Assembly (NCBI GenBank): GCA_963664875.1
Contig: OY761611.1
Span: 1,952,001 to 2,016,000, forward strand
Length of the DNA: 64,000 bases
DNA from: Candidatus Kapaibacterium sp.
GTDB lineage: Bacteria; Bacteroidota; Ignavibacteria; Kapaibacteriales; UBA2268
Direction: 5' to 3'
The position numbers and the translations under genes were made by a program. Positions 1 through 10,974 of the stretch are shown here, in pieces. Positions within the stretch are counted from its first letter, which is position 1. Every line of letters starts with the position of its first letter. Below the pieces are notes generated by a model. It saw only the letters and a list, made by a program, of their open reading frames with translations, was not told where the DNA came from and searched no databases.

Positions 1-748
1 ATACTGTACCTTCAGCAGCACCAGTAGTATTCAAGTTTTCTAAAGCTACTGCACCAAGACCAATTTTGTCAGCAGTTACTGCGCGAGGAGCAATAATTGG
101 ATCTGGGTAAGTACCAGTCAAATCACCAGAAGCAGGACCAGATGGAGTAGTAGATACGTTAGGAGCTAACATATTCTGAGTTATACCACCATTAGGGATG
201 TTATTTAAAACAGCTTCAGGTTTGATAGTTGGGTTAGGGTAAGTACCATCGAGGTCACCACCAGCAGCACCCATTGGAATAGCCATTACGTTAGGATCTA
301 ACATAGCTTGAGTAACACCACCATCAACAACACCAAGAGCTACAGTTGCTGTGTCAGCCATAGAAGCTGATTTTGCCATACCTGCATAAGGTACCAAAGA
401 CATAGCAGTTCTTGCGTATGGATCGCCACCGCCAACTGTTACTTGCAAGAAGTATTGTTTGTTGAAAGGTAAGTTAATTGGAGTAGTCTGACCCAAGTTA
501 ACGTTGAAGTAACCTTCAGTTACTTTAACATTTTGAGTTTCAGTCCAAATTGCAGTACCACCTGCTTCGCTTTCGAAGATTTCGAAAGTCATTGAAACAT
601 TTTGGTCTAAAGCTTTTTTGTCTTCATTTACCAATGTACCTTGGTAGTTAATTTGGTCTGGCAAATCAGCCGGTGCAGCTTGCACTCTACCAAATGGTGC
701 TAAAACGAAGGCAACGATAAGTAAACCGAGAAGAAGAAGTCTCTTCAT
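1..748 (-). CDS. Secreted fibre-like surface protein, N-terminal part (runs off window edge)
   Basis: Hand-translated from ATG at 748 with GGAG RBS: MKRLLLLGLLIVAFVLAPFGRVQA signal, then INYQG...IWTETQ...GYFNVNLG...VPYA head domain and two GDLxGTYPxPxI repeats. Not in ORF track because no stop lies within the window. Confidence 0.8.
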   Translation of the reverse strand, partial: MKRLLLLGLLIVAFVLAPFGRVQAAPADLPDQINYQGTLVNEDKKALDQNVSMTFEIFESEAGGTAIWTETQNVKVTEGYFNVNLGQTTPINLPFNKQYFLQVTVGGGDPYARTAMSLVPYAGMAKSASMADTATVALGVVDGGVTQAMLDPNVMAIPMGAAGGDLDGTYPNPTIKPEAVLNNIPNGGITQNMLAPNVSTTPSGPASGDLTGTYPDPIIAPRAVTADKIGLGAVALENLNTTGAAEGTV

Positions 749-817
749 TACTTTGCACTCCTAAACGATGTTATACAAAAAAATCTCATTTTATTATCTA
801 ATTTCTTATTCGAATGA

Positions 818-1402
818 TTATTTAGAAACAATCATAACTGTACGCACAGACTGAGTATCAAAAGTAGAAGCGCCAACAGGTCTAACTACTACTTCACACA
901 AGTAAGAACCGCTTGCAACATCAGCGCCACTGTTATCAGTAGCATCCCATGTTTGAGAAACCATACCGGATGTTTGTCCTACGTTGAATGTTTTGATAGT
1001 TTTGCCACTCATGTCGTAGATATTGATAGTTACATCACCATAACCCGGCATTTCGTATTCGATAGTTGTGTTTTGTGCAAACGGGTTTGGAAAGTTTTTC
1101 AAACCGTCGTTTGTAATAACAACATTATCATCTACTGATGTTCCAGGTTCGCCCGGAGACCAAAAACCTTGGTACAATGTCCAGAGTTTCCCTTCAACAA
1201 CTGTACCTGCATCACGCTTGCCGATTGCAGTCTGTCCCATAACGCCGGAAAGTGTTTCCCCATTGTTATTTGAAACAGCCACCATGCCACCGGAACCGAT
1301 CACAGATCTTTCGAGAGTAATCTCTTCCTGAGCAACAGCAGAATCCGCTATAAACGGAAGTGCTATCCCACAGACCAAGATATACTTCATAATTTTTTTC
1401 AT
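818..1402 (-). CDS. Small T9SS type A sorting domain (FlgD-Ig-like CTD) protein
   Basis: Signal peptide; SVIGSGG...GQTAIG...QGFW domain; CTD NFPNPFAQNTTI...IYDMSGKTIK...WDATDNSGADVASGSY. Confidence 0.85.
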   Translation of the reverse strand: MKKIMKYILVCGIALPFIADSAVAQEEITLERSVIGSGGMVAVSNNNGETLSGVMGQTAIGKRDAGTVVEGKLWTLYQGFWSPGEPGTSVDDNVVITNDGLKNFPNPFAQNTTIEYEMPGYGDVTINIYDMSGKTIKTFNVGQTSGMVSQTWDATDNSGADVASGSYLCEVVVRPVGASTFDTQSVRTVMIVSK

Positions 1403-1514
1403 GTGAACACTCCTATATACTGACTATGTATATTATTGTAAATTGCTTTTTTATAACGACTTATTTATATTTCAAAGGTTTCTGTAAACCTGCTTGTATT
1501 GCTTAAGTTACAGT

Positions 1515-1529
1515 ACAATAATTATGCCA
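1515..1529 (-). promoter_or_regulatory. Putative sigma54 -24/-12 promoter
   Basis: Minus strand TGGCATAATTATTGT resembles TGGCACG-N4-TTGC, ~110 nt upstream of the 1402 start. Confidence 0.4.
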
Positions 1530-1988
1530 AAGTATTTGACGTATATTATACTACTATCCGAATCTATAATTGACAATCGGAATCGAAAACGAAATTACGA
1601 TATTTCGCCTTAAATAACAAAAAAGAATTTATTTCATCCATAAGATTTATGATAATAATTTCTCCAATTATTACATCCTGCACTCTAAATCTATATGCCT
1701 AAATGATTTATAAGTATTTACCATCTCTTAACATAATAAAATATCCTAAGCTATTTATCTATTCGACAAAAGATAAACAGCCTCAAAATCGCTTTTTTCG
1801 TCTATTTCTGATTTTTTTGAGCGGTTGCATGCCACATTACTATTTTCGGACATGTATTTGCCTTATGTGGTTTATAATTTTTTACTTCATGCTGCAAATT
1901 GAAAATAACTGAATCGCAAATGAATTCCAAAAACTTTTTTATTTTTTTGTATTTTTGTATCAAATTTCTTTACCAAACCGGAATTATA

Positions 1989-3386
1989 ATGAAACTTCAC
2001 GAGCTTATCGCACATTGCATCACCATCGATGATGCTGTTTCTCTTTCTCTCAAACCTGCTGACAGTACAATCTCTGAGTACCTCAAGCAAAACAAATCCA
2101 TTGGCAGTAAAGAACGAAAGTTTGTGATGGAACTTACTTTTTTCGGAATCAGAAATCAGATTCTTATAAATCATTTATCTCAATGTATAAATTATAATTT
2201 GCATACCCAAACAAAATTTTTTGTCGTTGCAATTTTATTGCAATCTGTTTACGATGATTCAGGTTCAGATTTATCGTTCGACAAGCTATATTATGCAATA
2301 GATAAATCATCGGAAAATAATATTATTCAGTCTTTTCAAAAATACTTCTCTAAAGATGCACTGACGACTGAATTGCTAAATAATTGGAAACTTGCAATAA
2401 TCAATAGAGTTAGAGAGCTTAATGATAAAATCGCGAACATGTGTAGCGACTCTCTTTGCTTAAGATATTCTTTTACAAAACCTTTTTACGATTTGCTAAA
2501 CACTCGATATAGTTACGAAGAAATTACTCAAATGTTCATAGCTTTATCTAAGCCTGCTGATATTTCTATCAGAGTAAACACGGTAAACACTAATATAGAT
2601 AAACTCTTTGATAGTCTTTCTACTAACTATGCAGATGGCATTATTGCAAAAAGTAAACTAATACCAAATTCTTTAAATGTTTCGGGCAGAGCTAATTTGT
2701 TGCAATCCAAAGAGTTCCAAAACGGAAGATTTGATTTTCAGGACGAAGGTAGCCAAATCATTTCTCTAATTCTTGATCCACAGGAAGGAGAAACAATTTT
2801 AGATGCATGTGCAGGAGCCGGAGGCAAAACCGTTCATATTGCTAACCTTATGAACAACAAGGGCACAATCGTAGCTACAGACACAGGACAAAAAAGGTTG
2901 AATGAAATACTCCCCAGAGCAAAAAAGGCAGGTATTAAAATCATTGAAACAGAGCTTATCAGATTAGGTTCCCGTACGCAAACCAAATACAATCAAAAAA
3001 AATACGATCGCATACTTATAGATGCTCCGTGTTCGGGCTCGGGAACTATCAGACGTGCTCCTTTTTTGAAATACAATTTCTCTAACGACAAGCTAAATGA
3101 GCTTACAAGGCGCCAGGCAGGCATTCTTCAGCATTATTCTAAATACCTCAAGCCTGGTGGTATTTTGGTATATGCTACTTGCTCAGTTTTCCCTCAGGAA
3201 AACTCTGATATTGCTCAAGCTTTTCTTGCTGCTAATGAAAACTTTGAACCTTGCCCATTACAGGGAACTTTAGACAAACATAATATCGCTGTCAGTTGCA
3301 ACACAAACTCTTCTGATTTGACTATCGTGCCCCATACATATAATACTGACGGCTTCTATGTTGCCAAATTCAGGAAAAAATTATGA
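1989..3386 (+). CDS. rsmB: RsmB/NOP family RNA m5C methyltransferase
   Basis: FQDEGSQ, ILDACAGAGGKT, ILIDAPCSGSG, LVYATCS motifs; NusB-like N-terminus; ATG 1989 preferred over 1899. Confidence 0.85.
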   Translation: MKLHELIAHCITIDDAVSLSLKPADSTISEYLKQNKSIGSKERKFVMELTFFGIRNQILINHLSQCINYNLHTQTKFFVVAILLQSVYDDSGSDLSFDKLYYAIDKSSENNIIQSFQKYFSKDALTTELLNNWKLAIINRVRELNDKIANMCSDSLCLRYSFTKPFYDLLNTRYSYEEITQMFIALSKPADISIRVNTVNTNIDKLFDSLSTNYADGIIAKSKLIPNSLNVSGRANLLQSKEFQNGRFDFQDEGSQIISLILDPQEGETILDACAGAGGKTVHIANLMNNKGTIVATDTGQKRLNEILPRAKKAGIKIIETELIRLGSRTQTKYNQKKYDRILIDAPCSGSGTIRRAPFLKYNFSNDKLNELTRRQAGILQHYSKYLKPGGILVYATCSVFPQENSDIAQAFLAANENFEPCPLQGTLDKHNIAVSCNTNSSDLTIVPHTYNTDGFYVAKFRKKL

Positions 3387-3979
3387 TAAAAAATCTTATA
3401 ATTGACTTTGGTGGGGTGCTCTATCAGATAGCCCCCACTAGAACACTTGACCTATTAAACAGCTATGGTGCAATAAAGCATACTTACAATGAGTTAGCTA
3501 ATATGCAGGTATTCAGAGATTATGAGACAGATAGTATCTCTTCTCAAGGATTTATTGCTTCTATAAGAGATCTGTTTGCTATTCCCATGTCTATTTCGGA
3601 TGTTCAAATCATTGAGGCATGGAATAGTACACTCGTAGGATTGTTTGAAAATATTATCAGCACTGTTAGAGAGTTAAAAAGTCGTTTTAACATAGTATTA
3701 TTGAGCAATACAAATGAATTGCACTATGACTGTTTTTTGCCTGATTGTCAAGAACTTTTCTCAATATTTGACCGATGTTTTTTTTCGCATCATATTAAGA
3801 TGAGAAAACCGGATACCTATATTTACGAATATGTCATCAATGAAATGCGGTATAAGTCTAAGGAAACTATATTCATAGACGATTCTATGCAGAATTTAGA
3901 AGGAGCAAAAAAGGCAGGGCTTGCCATTTATGCGGTAACTCCTGACACATCTGTGTCAGATTTTTTACACACTGTTTAA
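3383..3979 (+). CDS. HAD family phosphatase (YihX-like)
   Basis: IIDFGGVL motif I, LLSNTN, RKPD, FIDDS. Confidence 0.9.
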   Translation: MIKNLIIDFGGVLYQIAPTRTLDLLNSYGAIKHTYNELANMQVFRDYETDSISSQGFIASIRDLFAIPMSISDVQIIEAWNSTLVGLFENIISTVRELKSRFNIVLLSNTNELHYDCFLPDCQELFSIFDRCFFSHHIKMRKPDTYIYEYVINEMRYKSKETIFIDDSMQNLEGAKKAGLAIYAVTPDTSVSDFLHTV

Positions 3980-4121
3980 GCATATACACACTTTTGTTGG
4001 TTTTGTCAGATGGAACACTCTCATACAATGTAAGTTTTTAAAACTCTATCATTTTTATTTCTGCTGATAAATCCTTATCTTTATATTACTTTTATCAATA
4101 TGTCTGAAAGCACAAGAAGAT

Positions 4122-5807
4122 ATGAATTCTTTTTGGGAATCTTCTTTTATCGTAGTTGATGTGGAAACTACAGGCTCCGATCCAGAAAAAAACCGAATCA
4201 CCGATATAGCCTGCATCCTAGTGCAAGGTGGAGAAATCACAGATGTCTATGCCTCGCTGGTAAACCCTCACCAGTTTATTCCTCATTTTATAGCTAATAT
4301 GACCGGAATCACAAACGAAATGGCGTTTAATGCACCTGAGGCTCATGAAGTGTTTCAGGAAGTGAGCAAGATATTTAATGTACCTAATCCGGTCTTTGTA
4401 GCACACAATGTCAATTTCGACTGGTCTTTTGTGCAGCGTTCTTTTGTTCGCGAAGGCCTCACCCCTTTGGAAATGCCAAAACTTTGCACATTGAAATTAG
4501 CACGGCGAATACTTCCTAAAGAAGATAAAAAAAATGTCGGTGCTTTGGCAGAGTATTACGGGATTACAATAAAGAATCGCCACAGAGCTCTCGGCGATGC
4601 AGAAGCAACTGCACTGATACTCTTAGAGCTATTAGAAAAGATACAGGAAGAGCACAATATCACTTCTATTGATGATTTGCTGCATTTTCAAAACAAGCCG
4701 GTAAAAGCCTACACACTAAAAGAAGACTCTTTCGCAAAACACGAATCTGTTTTAGACACTTTGCCGGACGAACCCGGAGTGTACTATTTTTTTGATAAAG
4801 CAGGGAAAAATATCTACATAGGCAAAGCAAAGTCGCTTCGCAGCAGAGTGCAGTCTTACTTCAGAAACGGCAATCTCACTTCTAAAAAAGTAGTCGAGAT
4901 GGTCAAAAAGATAGAAACTATTACTTGGGAATGCACAGGCAACGAACTATCTGCTCTTGTTTTTGAATCTCGCGAAATCAAAAGGGTGAAACCTAAATAC
5001 AATGTTTTAGAAAAGCGCTACCTCAAATACCCTTTTATTAAAATAACTACCGGAACAAACTACCCTAAAGTTGCTATATGCAATGAAGTAGAAAATGACA
5101 ATGCGATATATTACGGCCCTTTCAAGAACTACTCTCTTGTAAATCATGTCTTTTCGATTATTGAAAAGCGGTTTGGTCTCAGAAAATGCGATCTTAATTT
5201 GGATAACGGCAACGTAAAACCTTGTTTTTATGCTGACATAGATAGATGCATAGCACCATGTAAAGCAGAATGTACCGTAGAGATTTACAACGAAGAAGTA
5301 GAAAAAGTAAAAGCATACCTTTCTAACTTCAGAAACGGAGTACTTACCGATTTAGAAAAAGAGATGATTAAATACTCTGAAGAATTGGATTTCGAAACTG
5401 CGGCAAAGATACGTGACCAAATTAACGAAATAAAAAAGGTTACTGCCAACAAGCCTGCTGACAACTCTTCTACCGGAAGAAACAATATGGTCTTTGTAAT
5501 GCCGGCGAATCCTCGAGAAAAGACAATCGACCTATTCCTAATCTCAGACGGCAAACTTGCCAAACAAATAACTATCGGACGGAAAGCTTCTTTGAAAAAC
5601 CTGTTCGAGGATATTCATCATTATTATTTCAACGGCAATGAGACTGATTCCAATCTATCAATGTACGACATTGACGAGATACGAATAGTCAATTCTTGGC
5701 TTTTCAAAAATCAGGATTTCGGTTATTCTTTGTTTCTCGAACAAAAATCTGAAACTGCCTTTATAGAAGAGTTAGAAAAAACAATACGTGAAATTGAGTT
5801 TGAATAA
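4122..5807 (+). CDS. DEDDh 3'-5' exonuclease (DnaQ-like) fused to UvrC-type GIY-YIG endonuclease with UVR domain
   Basis: VVDVETTG, AHNVNFD, HRALGDA; PGVYYF..IYIGKAKSLRSRV; Cys cluster C..C..CIAPC; LDFETAAKIRD. Confidence 0.9.
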   Translation: MNSFWESSFIVVDVETTGSDPEKNRITDIACILVQGGEITDVYASLVNPHQFIPHFIANMTGITNEMAFNAPEAHEVFQEVSKIFNVPNPVFVAHNVNFDWSFVQRSFVREGLTPLEMPKLCTLKLARRILPKEDKKNVGALAEYYGITIKNRHRALGDAEATALILLELLEKIQEEHNITSIDDLLHFQNKPVKAYTLKEDSFAKHESVLDTLPDEPGVYYFFDKAGKNIYIGKAKSLRSRVQSYFRNGNLTSKKVVEMVKKIETITWECTGNELSALVFESREIKRVKPKYNVLEKRYLKYPFIKITTGTNYPKVAICNEVENDNAIYYGPFKNYSLVNHVFSIIEKRFGLRKCDLNLDNGNVKPCFYADIDRCIAPCKAECTVEIYNEEVEKVKAYLSNFRNGVLTDLEKEMIKYSEELDFETAAKIRDQINEIKKVTANKPADNSSTGRNNMVFVMPANPREKTIDLFLISDGKLAKQITIGRKASLKNLFEDIHHYYFNGNETDSNLSMYDIDEIRIVNSWLFKNQDFGYSLFLEQKSETAFIEELEKTIREIEFE

Positions 5808-5905
5808 TACTTGACAATAAAAATATATTTTTTAATATTTTCTTTGTTGCGAACATATATTTTTTTGTATATTGTATTGTATGTTGTTTTTTCAAGTTTA
5901 TAATT

Positions 5906-6544
5906 ATGCCCCAAATATTAAAAGACGATATTAAGCAACGAATTAGCGAAGCCGCATTCAAGCACTTTGCTACATTTGGATTTAAAAATACTTCAATGGC
6001 TCATATCGCTAAAGATGCCAACGTTTCGGTCGGTAATATTTACAGATATTATGTAAATAAAGACGACATATTTTACTCTTTGATTACGCCACAGTTTGTA
6101 AATAAATTCAAACAAACTATGCAGATAAGAGTAAACAAATCCGGCACCAAATTCTTCAATGTACTTAAAAGAAAAGCTCCTGCTGAAATCATAGACCAAG
6201 ATGTTATTGATTTTTATTTTGAGTACCGTCTTCACATTGTCATCCTGCTGGACAACAGTAAAGATACTGTTTACGAAAACATCCGCAGAGAACTGAAGGA
6301 CATGGCATTCGAATATATCCAGAAATATTTTCAGGAAAACATTGCCCCTCAGTACAATCTGGATCAGGAAAAACGGTTTTTGCTCGATATCATTTACGAA
6401 AATCTTGTTTACGGAATTCTAAAAATTTTAAAAGAATATACAGACAAAGAAGATATTGAAAGAGCCTACAAATCTCTAATAGGTTATCACCTCTACGGAC
6501 TTTTAGGTATTTGGGAAACTCCTGATTATATCTCAAAATCGTAG
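5906..6544 (+). CDS. TetR/AcrR family transcriptional regulator
   Basis: GFKNTSMAHIAKDANVSVGNIYRYY HTH. Confidence 0.9.
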   Translation: MPQILKDDIKQRISEAAFKHFATFGFKNTSMAHIAKDANVSVGNIYRYYVNKDDIFYSLITPQFVNKFKQTMQIRVNKSGTKFFNVLKRKAPAEIIDQDVIDFYFEYRLHIVILLDNSKDTVYENIRRELKDMAFEYIQKYFQENIAPQYNLDQEKRFLLDIIYENLVYGILKILKEYTDKEDIERAYKSLIGYHLYGLLGIWETPDYISKS

Positions 6545-6712
6545 ATTTTACAATAAGATTCAATTTTTTTACAATTTGATATTTCTTTTTGCATCCAAAT
6601 CATTTCTTATGACTCTTACTTTCAGAAGCGAAAATAATTGAAACTTTGTTCGACTATATTCGTTTCTGTCAAAGTGTTTATAACATAATGTCATTTTGGA
6701 GATATTTTTTCG

Positions 6713-9007
6713 ATGCAGAAACTTATCAAACAAATCCTCACACTATGCCTTGCTATAGTAATTATGGCGGCTAATCTCTCCGCAAATAGTGCTGCTGCAA
6801 GCTCAGAGTATGCCTCTATGAGCGGCTTTGTTTACGATAGCGAATCAAAAGAAACGCTTATCGGTGCTACTGTCTATCTTGTTGGTTCTAAAAAGGGCGC
6901 TTATTCCAACAAAGCAGGCTTTTATTCTATCACTGACATAGAGCCGGGGAAATATACCGTCCGGGTCACTTATGTTGGATACGAAAAGTTAGAATATGAT
7001 GTTACTTTGAAGAAAGGGCAGTCGTTCAAAAAGGAAATCTTTTTGAAATCAGCAGCTGTTTCAACCAACACTGTAACAGTTACAGCTGAAAGAGAAGTCG
7101 AAAAACGACAAATCACAGTAAGTAAAATAAATGTACCTATACAGCAGATAAAGGAAATCAGAATCGGGGGCGAATCTGACGTATTCCGTACTTTGCAGTT
7201 ACTTCCGGGTATCCTTACTTCTTCCCAAATTTCGAGTGGACTATATGTTCGTGGCGGCTCTCCCGATCAAAACCTTGTGTTGCTGGATGATGCCGTAGTT
7301 TATAATCCTACTCACTTATTTGGCTTCTTATCTACTTTCAACAGTGACGCCATCAAAGATGTGGAAATGTTGAAAGGTGGTTTCCCTGCAGAGTATGGCG
7401 GAAGGATGTCTTCTGTGCTAAGCATAACTCAAAACAACGGCTCCCAGAAAGAAGTGCAGGGCATTGGAGCTTTAGGACTTATCAGCTCTAAACTTAGTTT
7501 AGAGGGGCCTCTGCCCGGTACAGATGGTTCATGGTTTATAGGTGGTCGCAGAACTTATTTTGACCTACTTACTTCGCTTATGTCGGAAGACCCTGAAAAT
7601 CCTTTGCCTGATTTCAACTTCTATGATTTGAATGGTAAACTTACATTCAATTTATCACCATCGGACAAACTTTTTGTTTCGGGCTTTCAAAGTGCTGATG
7701 CTTTGCAATATGATACTTATGGTGTAAATTTCAGAATGGATATCGGAAACAGATTAGGTGCTATCAAATGGACTCACATCTGGGACGATAATTTCTTTTC
7801 TGATGTAATAGTTTCCGGTAGTCATTATTTTAACAAATTTAAAGGCGACCAGACAGGCTATGAGTTCCTAATCAATAATGCTATCACTGACTACTCTACA
7901 AAAATCAAAACCGAATGGCTCGTTAACGATAAATTGACTGTAAAATCAGGTTTCGAATATACTAACTTCCACTTCCAATATCTTCAAAATTACTCCGGAG
8001 ATACAGATTCTACACAGCAAGGTGGAGGTGGTCAGACCAATCTGAATTTGTTTGATAATAACTATAGTGCGTATTTGCAGACAAATTTGCAGGCTAATCA
8101 ACATCTTTCATTCCAGTTAGGCGGTAGAGCGAACTACTGGAATCTTAGCGATCAATTCACAGTTGATCCGAGAGCTGCAGCCCGCTACCAGTTCAACGAA
8201 GGTTTTGCCATTAAAGTTGCCTGGGGGCTTTTCCATCAAAACCTAAGACTTGCTACTCAGCCGGATTTTAGCTTCTTTGACACTTGGATGCCTTCGGACA
8301 CGTCAGTTGCAGGGCCGGGCAGGTCTGACCAATACATCTTTACTGTTGAGACTAATCCTATGGAAGGTTTTGATTTAAACGTAGATTTATATTATAAAAA
8401 ATTACACAATATAAACGAGTTAAACGATAAATCTTTAGAAGGCGAAACTGTAGCGGACGTACTTTTCTTTGGTAAAGGTAGAGCATACGGTGCTGAAGTA
8501 TTTTTACAAAAAAAATACGGCAGACTTACAGGTTGGGTCGGCTACGGTTTAGGCTGGATTTTTGCTCAGTTTGACACTATCAACGGCGGTAGAGAATTCA
8601 GTCCTAAATACGACAGAAGACATGATTTGAAAATTGTAGCTCAATACAAAATCAATGACAGTTGGGATATAGGAGGTACTTTTACCTTGCAGAGTGGACA
8701 GCCTTACACAGGTGCATCTTCAAGATTCCAAACAAAACTTCCCGGGCAGAACTACGGCGACGGTAAAACAGTGCCTTCTCAGAGATATGGACTCAGATTG
8801 CCGGCTTCGCACCAACTGAACCTAAATGGAAGCTACAAATTCAAAATGTTTGGGCTTGCGTCGAGAGTCATTTTAGATATTTATAATGTTTACAACAGAA
8901 GAGATATCTGGTTTAGATATTACAACACTCAGTCGGAAACTACGACTGTAGAAGATGTCAAGCTGTTGCCTATAATTCCTACGTTTTCAATTGAAGTCAA
9001 GTTTTAA
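6713..9007 (+). CDS. TonB-dependent receptor with N-terminal CarboxypepD_reg-like domain
   Basis: Signal peptide; ETLIGATV; plug VRGGSPDQN, KGGFPAEYGGRMSSV; C-terminal Phe. Confidence 0.92.
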   Translation: MQKLIKQILTLCLAIVIMAANLSANSAAASSEYASMSGFVYDSESKETLIGATVYLVGSKKGAYSNKAGFYSITDIEPGKYTVRVTYVGYEKLEYDVTLKKGQSFKKEIFLKSAAVSTNTVTVTAEREVEKRQITVSKINVPIQQIKEIRIGGESDVFRTLQLLPGILTSSQISSGLYVRGGSPDQNLVLLDDAVVYNPTHLFGFLSTFNSDAIKDVEMLKGGFPAEYGGRMSSVLSITQNNGSQKEVQGIGALGLISSKLSLEGPLPGTDGSWFIGGRRTYFDLLTSLMSEDPENPLPDFNFYDLNGKLTFNLSPSDKLFVSGFQSADALQYDTYGVNFRMDIGNRLGAIKWTHIWDDNFFSDVIVSGSHYFNKFKGDQTGYEFLINNAITDYSTKIKTEWLVNDKLTVKSGFEYTNFHFQYLQNYSGDTDSTQQGGGGQTNLNLFDNNYSAYLQTNLQANQHLSFQLGGRANYWNLSDQFTVDPRAAARYQFNEGFAIKVAWGLFHQNLRLATQPDFSFFDTWMPSDTSVAGPGRSDQYIFTVETNPMEGFDLNVDLYYKKLHNINELNDKSLEGETVADVLFFGKGRAYGAEVFLQKKYGRLTGWVGYGLGWIFAQFDTINGGREFSPKYDRRHDLKIVAQYKINDSWDIGGTFTLQSGQPYTGASSRFQTKLPGQNYGDGKTVPSQRYGLRLPASHQLNLNGSYKFKMFGLASRVILDIYNVYNRRDIWFRYYNTQSETTTVEDVKLLPIIPTFSIEVKF

Positions 9008-9021
9008 AGGAGCTTTCAAAA

Positions 9022-9882
9022 ATGCAAAATATAAAGTTAATATTTTTAAGTCTTGCAGTAGTGCTTTTACTCGCGTCTTGCGGTGATCCTGTACCTACTG
9101 ATTATATCGAAGAAATTTATGTAGAAGCGTATCTGCTCGTAGGCGAACCAATTCAAAATATAGTAGTTGCCAAAACTCAGCCTTTAACATCTACATTTGA
9201 TTACTCAAAGTCGCTATACAGAGATGCGACAGTTGTAATCAAAGGAGACGGCAGAGAGTTTAATCTAAAAATTGACGCAAGCGGCACTGACGGTTTTTAT
9301 TACGAAGATAAAGACTATTTAGTAAAAGAAAACACTATTTATACTTTAGAAATCACTACCCCTGACGGCAAAGTAGTTAGCGGAAAAACTACAACACCTC
9401 AGGATATAAGCTGGATAGACAGAGTCCCGAAACCCTTGCAGTTCCCTAAAGACACATTGGATCCTGAGACTTCCGATCCTATCAGCTGGACTAAGTCCAA
9501 AGATGTAGATTACTATCTCATCTCTGTCAAATGTCTTGATACATTGGACTATGGAAAGTATTTAGATGATGTACCGGATACTGAGATGAACAGACCAATT
9601 GAAAGACCTTGGACTGACAACGAAGGCTATTTTAATGATATAACTAATTGGGGATTTATACCTAACACAAACAGCAAAATAGTTTGGGCAATTTTCAAGT
9701 GGTTTGGTCCGCATGAAACAGCAGTCTATGCTCCTGATAAAAACTTCAGAGACTGGTTTATCCAAAATCAATGGTTCGGCAGATATGACGAAAATCTTAC
9801 CTCTGTAAACGGTGCAATTGGCGTCTTCGGTTCTGCTGCTGTAATCAGAGACACAACTTTTCTACTAAAAAATCAGCCTTAA
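9022..9882 (+). CDS. Lipoprotein partner of TonB receptor (DUF4249-like)
   Basis: Lipobox LLASC; C-terminal VNGAIGVFGS; directly downstream of the TBDR. Confidence 0.75.
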   Translation: MQNIKLIFLSLAVVLLLASCGDPVPTDYIEEIYVEAYLLVGEPIQNIVVAKTQPLTSTFDYSKSLYRDATVVIKGDGREFNLKIDASGTDGFYYEDKDYLVKENTIYTLEITTPDGKVVSGKTTTPQDISWIDRVPKPLQFPKDTLDPETSDPISWTKSKDVDYYLISVKCLDTLDYGKYLDDVPDTEMNRPIERPWTDNEGYFNDITNWGFIPNTNSKIVWAIFKWFGPHETAVYAPDKNFRDWFIQNQWFGRYDENLTSVNGAIGVFGSAAVIRDTTFLLKNQP

Positions 9883-10116
9883 CAGCAAATAAATTCCACA
9901 TATCTATCAATAAGATGAGAACAGATTCGATTATTTTTCGGTCTGTTCTTTCTTTTTTTATATATTGAGCTTGTAGAAGTATATTTACAATGTCATTAGA
10001 GAACCCTATTGAGTCTTCTTCTTGTTTCTTGGGAGCCTCTCCCCTGCTTTGATTGATTTCGGGTAGGAACTTTTTGACAATTTTTTGATTATTCAACGCA
10101 ATTTGATAGGAAAACT

Positions 10117-10974
10117 ATGAAACAAGATTACATTAATTATGCCCTGATTGTAGTAATCTCTCTTCTGTCTGCAACTATTCTATCTTTGGTATTACGCAAG
10201 ATAGTAAATACTTTTATGAAGAAATACTCCGGCAAGCTATCTGTAGAGATGACTAATCTATCGTTTATAAAAAATTCCATAAGTGCAGTAGTTTATTCAA
10301 TGGCTGTATATGTCATGTTTGCAAACATTCCATATTTGTCAGCTTTAGGCAATGCACTTTTCGCTGGTGCCGGTGTGTTGGCTGCAATAATAGGCTTTGC
10401 TTCGCAGAAGGCATTTTCTAATATAATAAGCGGTGTTTTTATACTTATCTTCAAACCTTTCCGGGTCAATGACACAATAGAGTCCACCACTATAGCAAAA
10501 GGCATAGTAGAAGAAATTACTTTGAGGCATACAGTAATCAGAGATTATGAAAACAGAAGAATTGTTGTGCCGAACAGCAAAATATCGGACGAGACAATAA
10601 TAAACAGTGATATGGAAGAATCTCTAATCAGAAAACACATTGTGTTTTCTATAAGCTATGACTCTGATATAAATTTGGCTATGTCCATCATCAGAAAACA
10701 TGCTTTGGATCATCCGCTTTGCTTAGATAATAGGAGCGACGAAGCAAAAGCAGCCGGAGAAGAAATTGTAATTACTCGTGTTGTAGGACTCAAAGATTTT
10801 TCTGTGGAAATAAAGGCTTATGTATGGGCTAAATCGAATGACGATGCGTTTGTATTATACACAGAAATCCTTAAATCAGTTAAAGAAGAATTTGACCGAA
10901 GCGGCATTGAAATTCCATTCCCTTACCGTACTATTGTTATGAAAAAAGACAAGAAATCTGATGAAGAAAAATAA
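10117..10974 (+). CDS. mscS: Small-conductance mechanosensitive channel
   Basis: IGFASQKAFSNIISG, KPFRVND, GIVEEITLRHT, VPNS, GIEIPFP. Confidence 0.9.
   Translation: MKQDYINYALIVVISLLSATILSLVLRKIVNTFMKKYSGKLSVEMTNLSFIKNSISAVVYSMAVYVMFANIPYLSALGNALFAGAGVLAAIIGFASQKAFSNIISGVFILIFKPFRVNDTIESTTIAKGIVEEITLRHTVIRDYENRRIVVPNSKISDETIINSDMEESLIRKHIVFSISYDSDINLAMSIIRKHALDHPLCLDNRSDEAKAAGEEIVITRVVGLKDFSVEIKAYVWAKSNDDAFVLYTEILKSVKEEFDRSGIEIPFPYRTIVMKKDKKSDEEK

Noticed and set aside
9845-10096. 83-aa minus-strand ORF with faint resemblance to a Clp ATPase C-terminal domain
   Set aside because: Key GARPL motif absent, overlaps the neighbouring gene end; cannot be supported.
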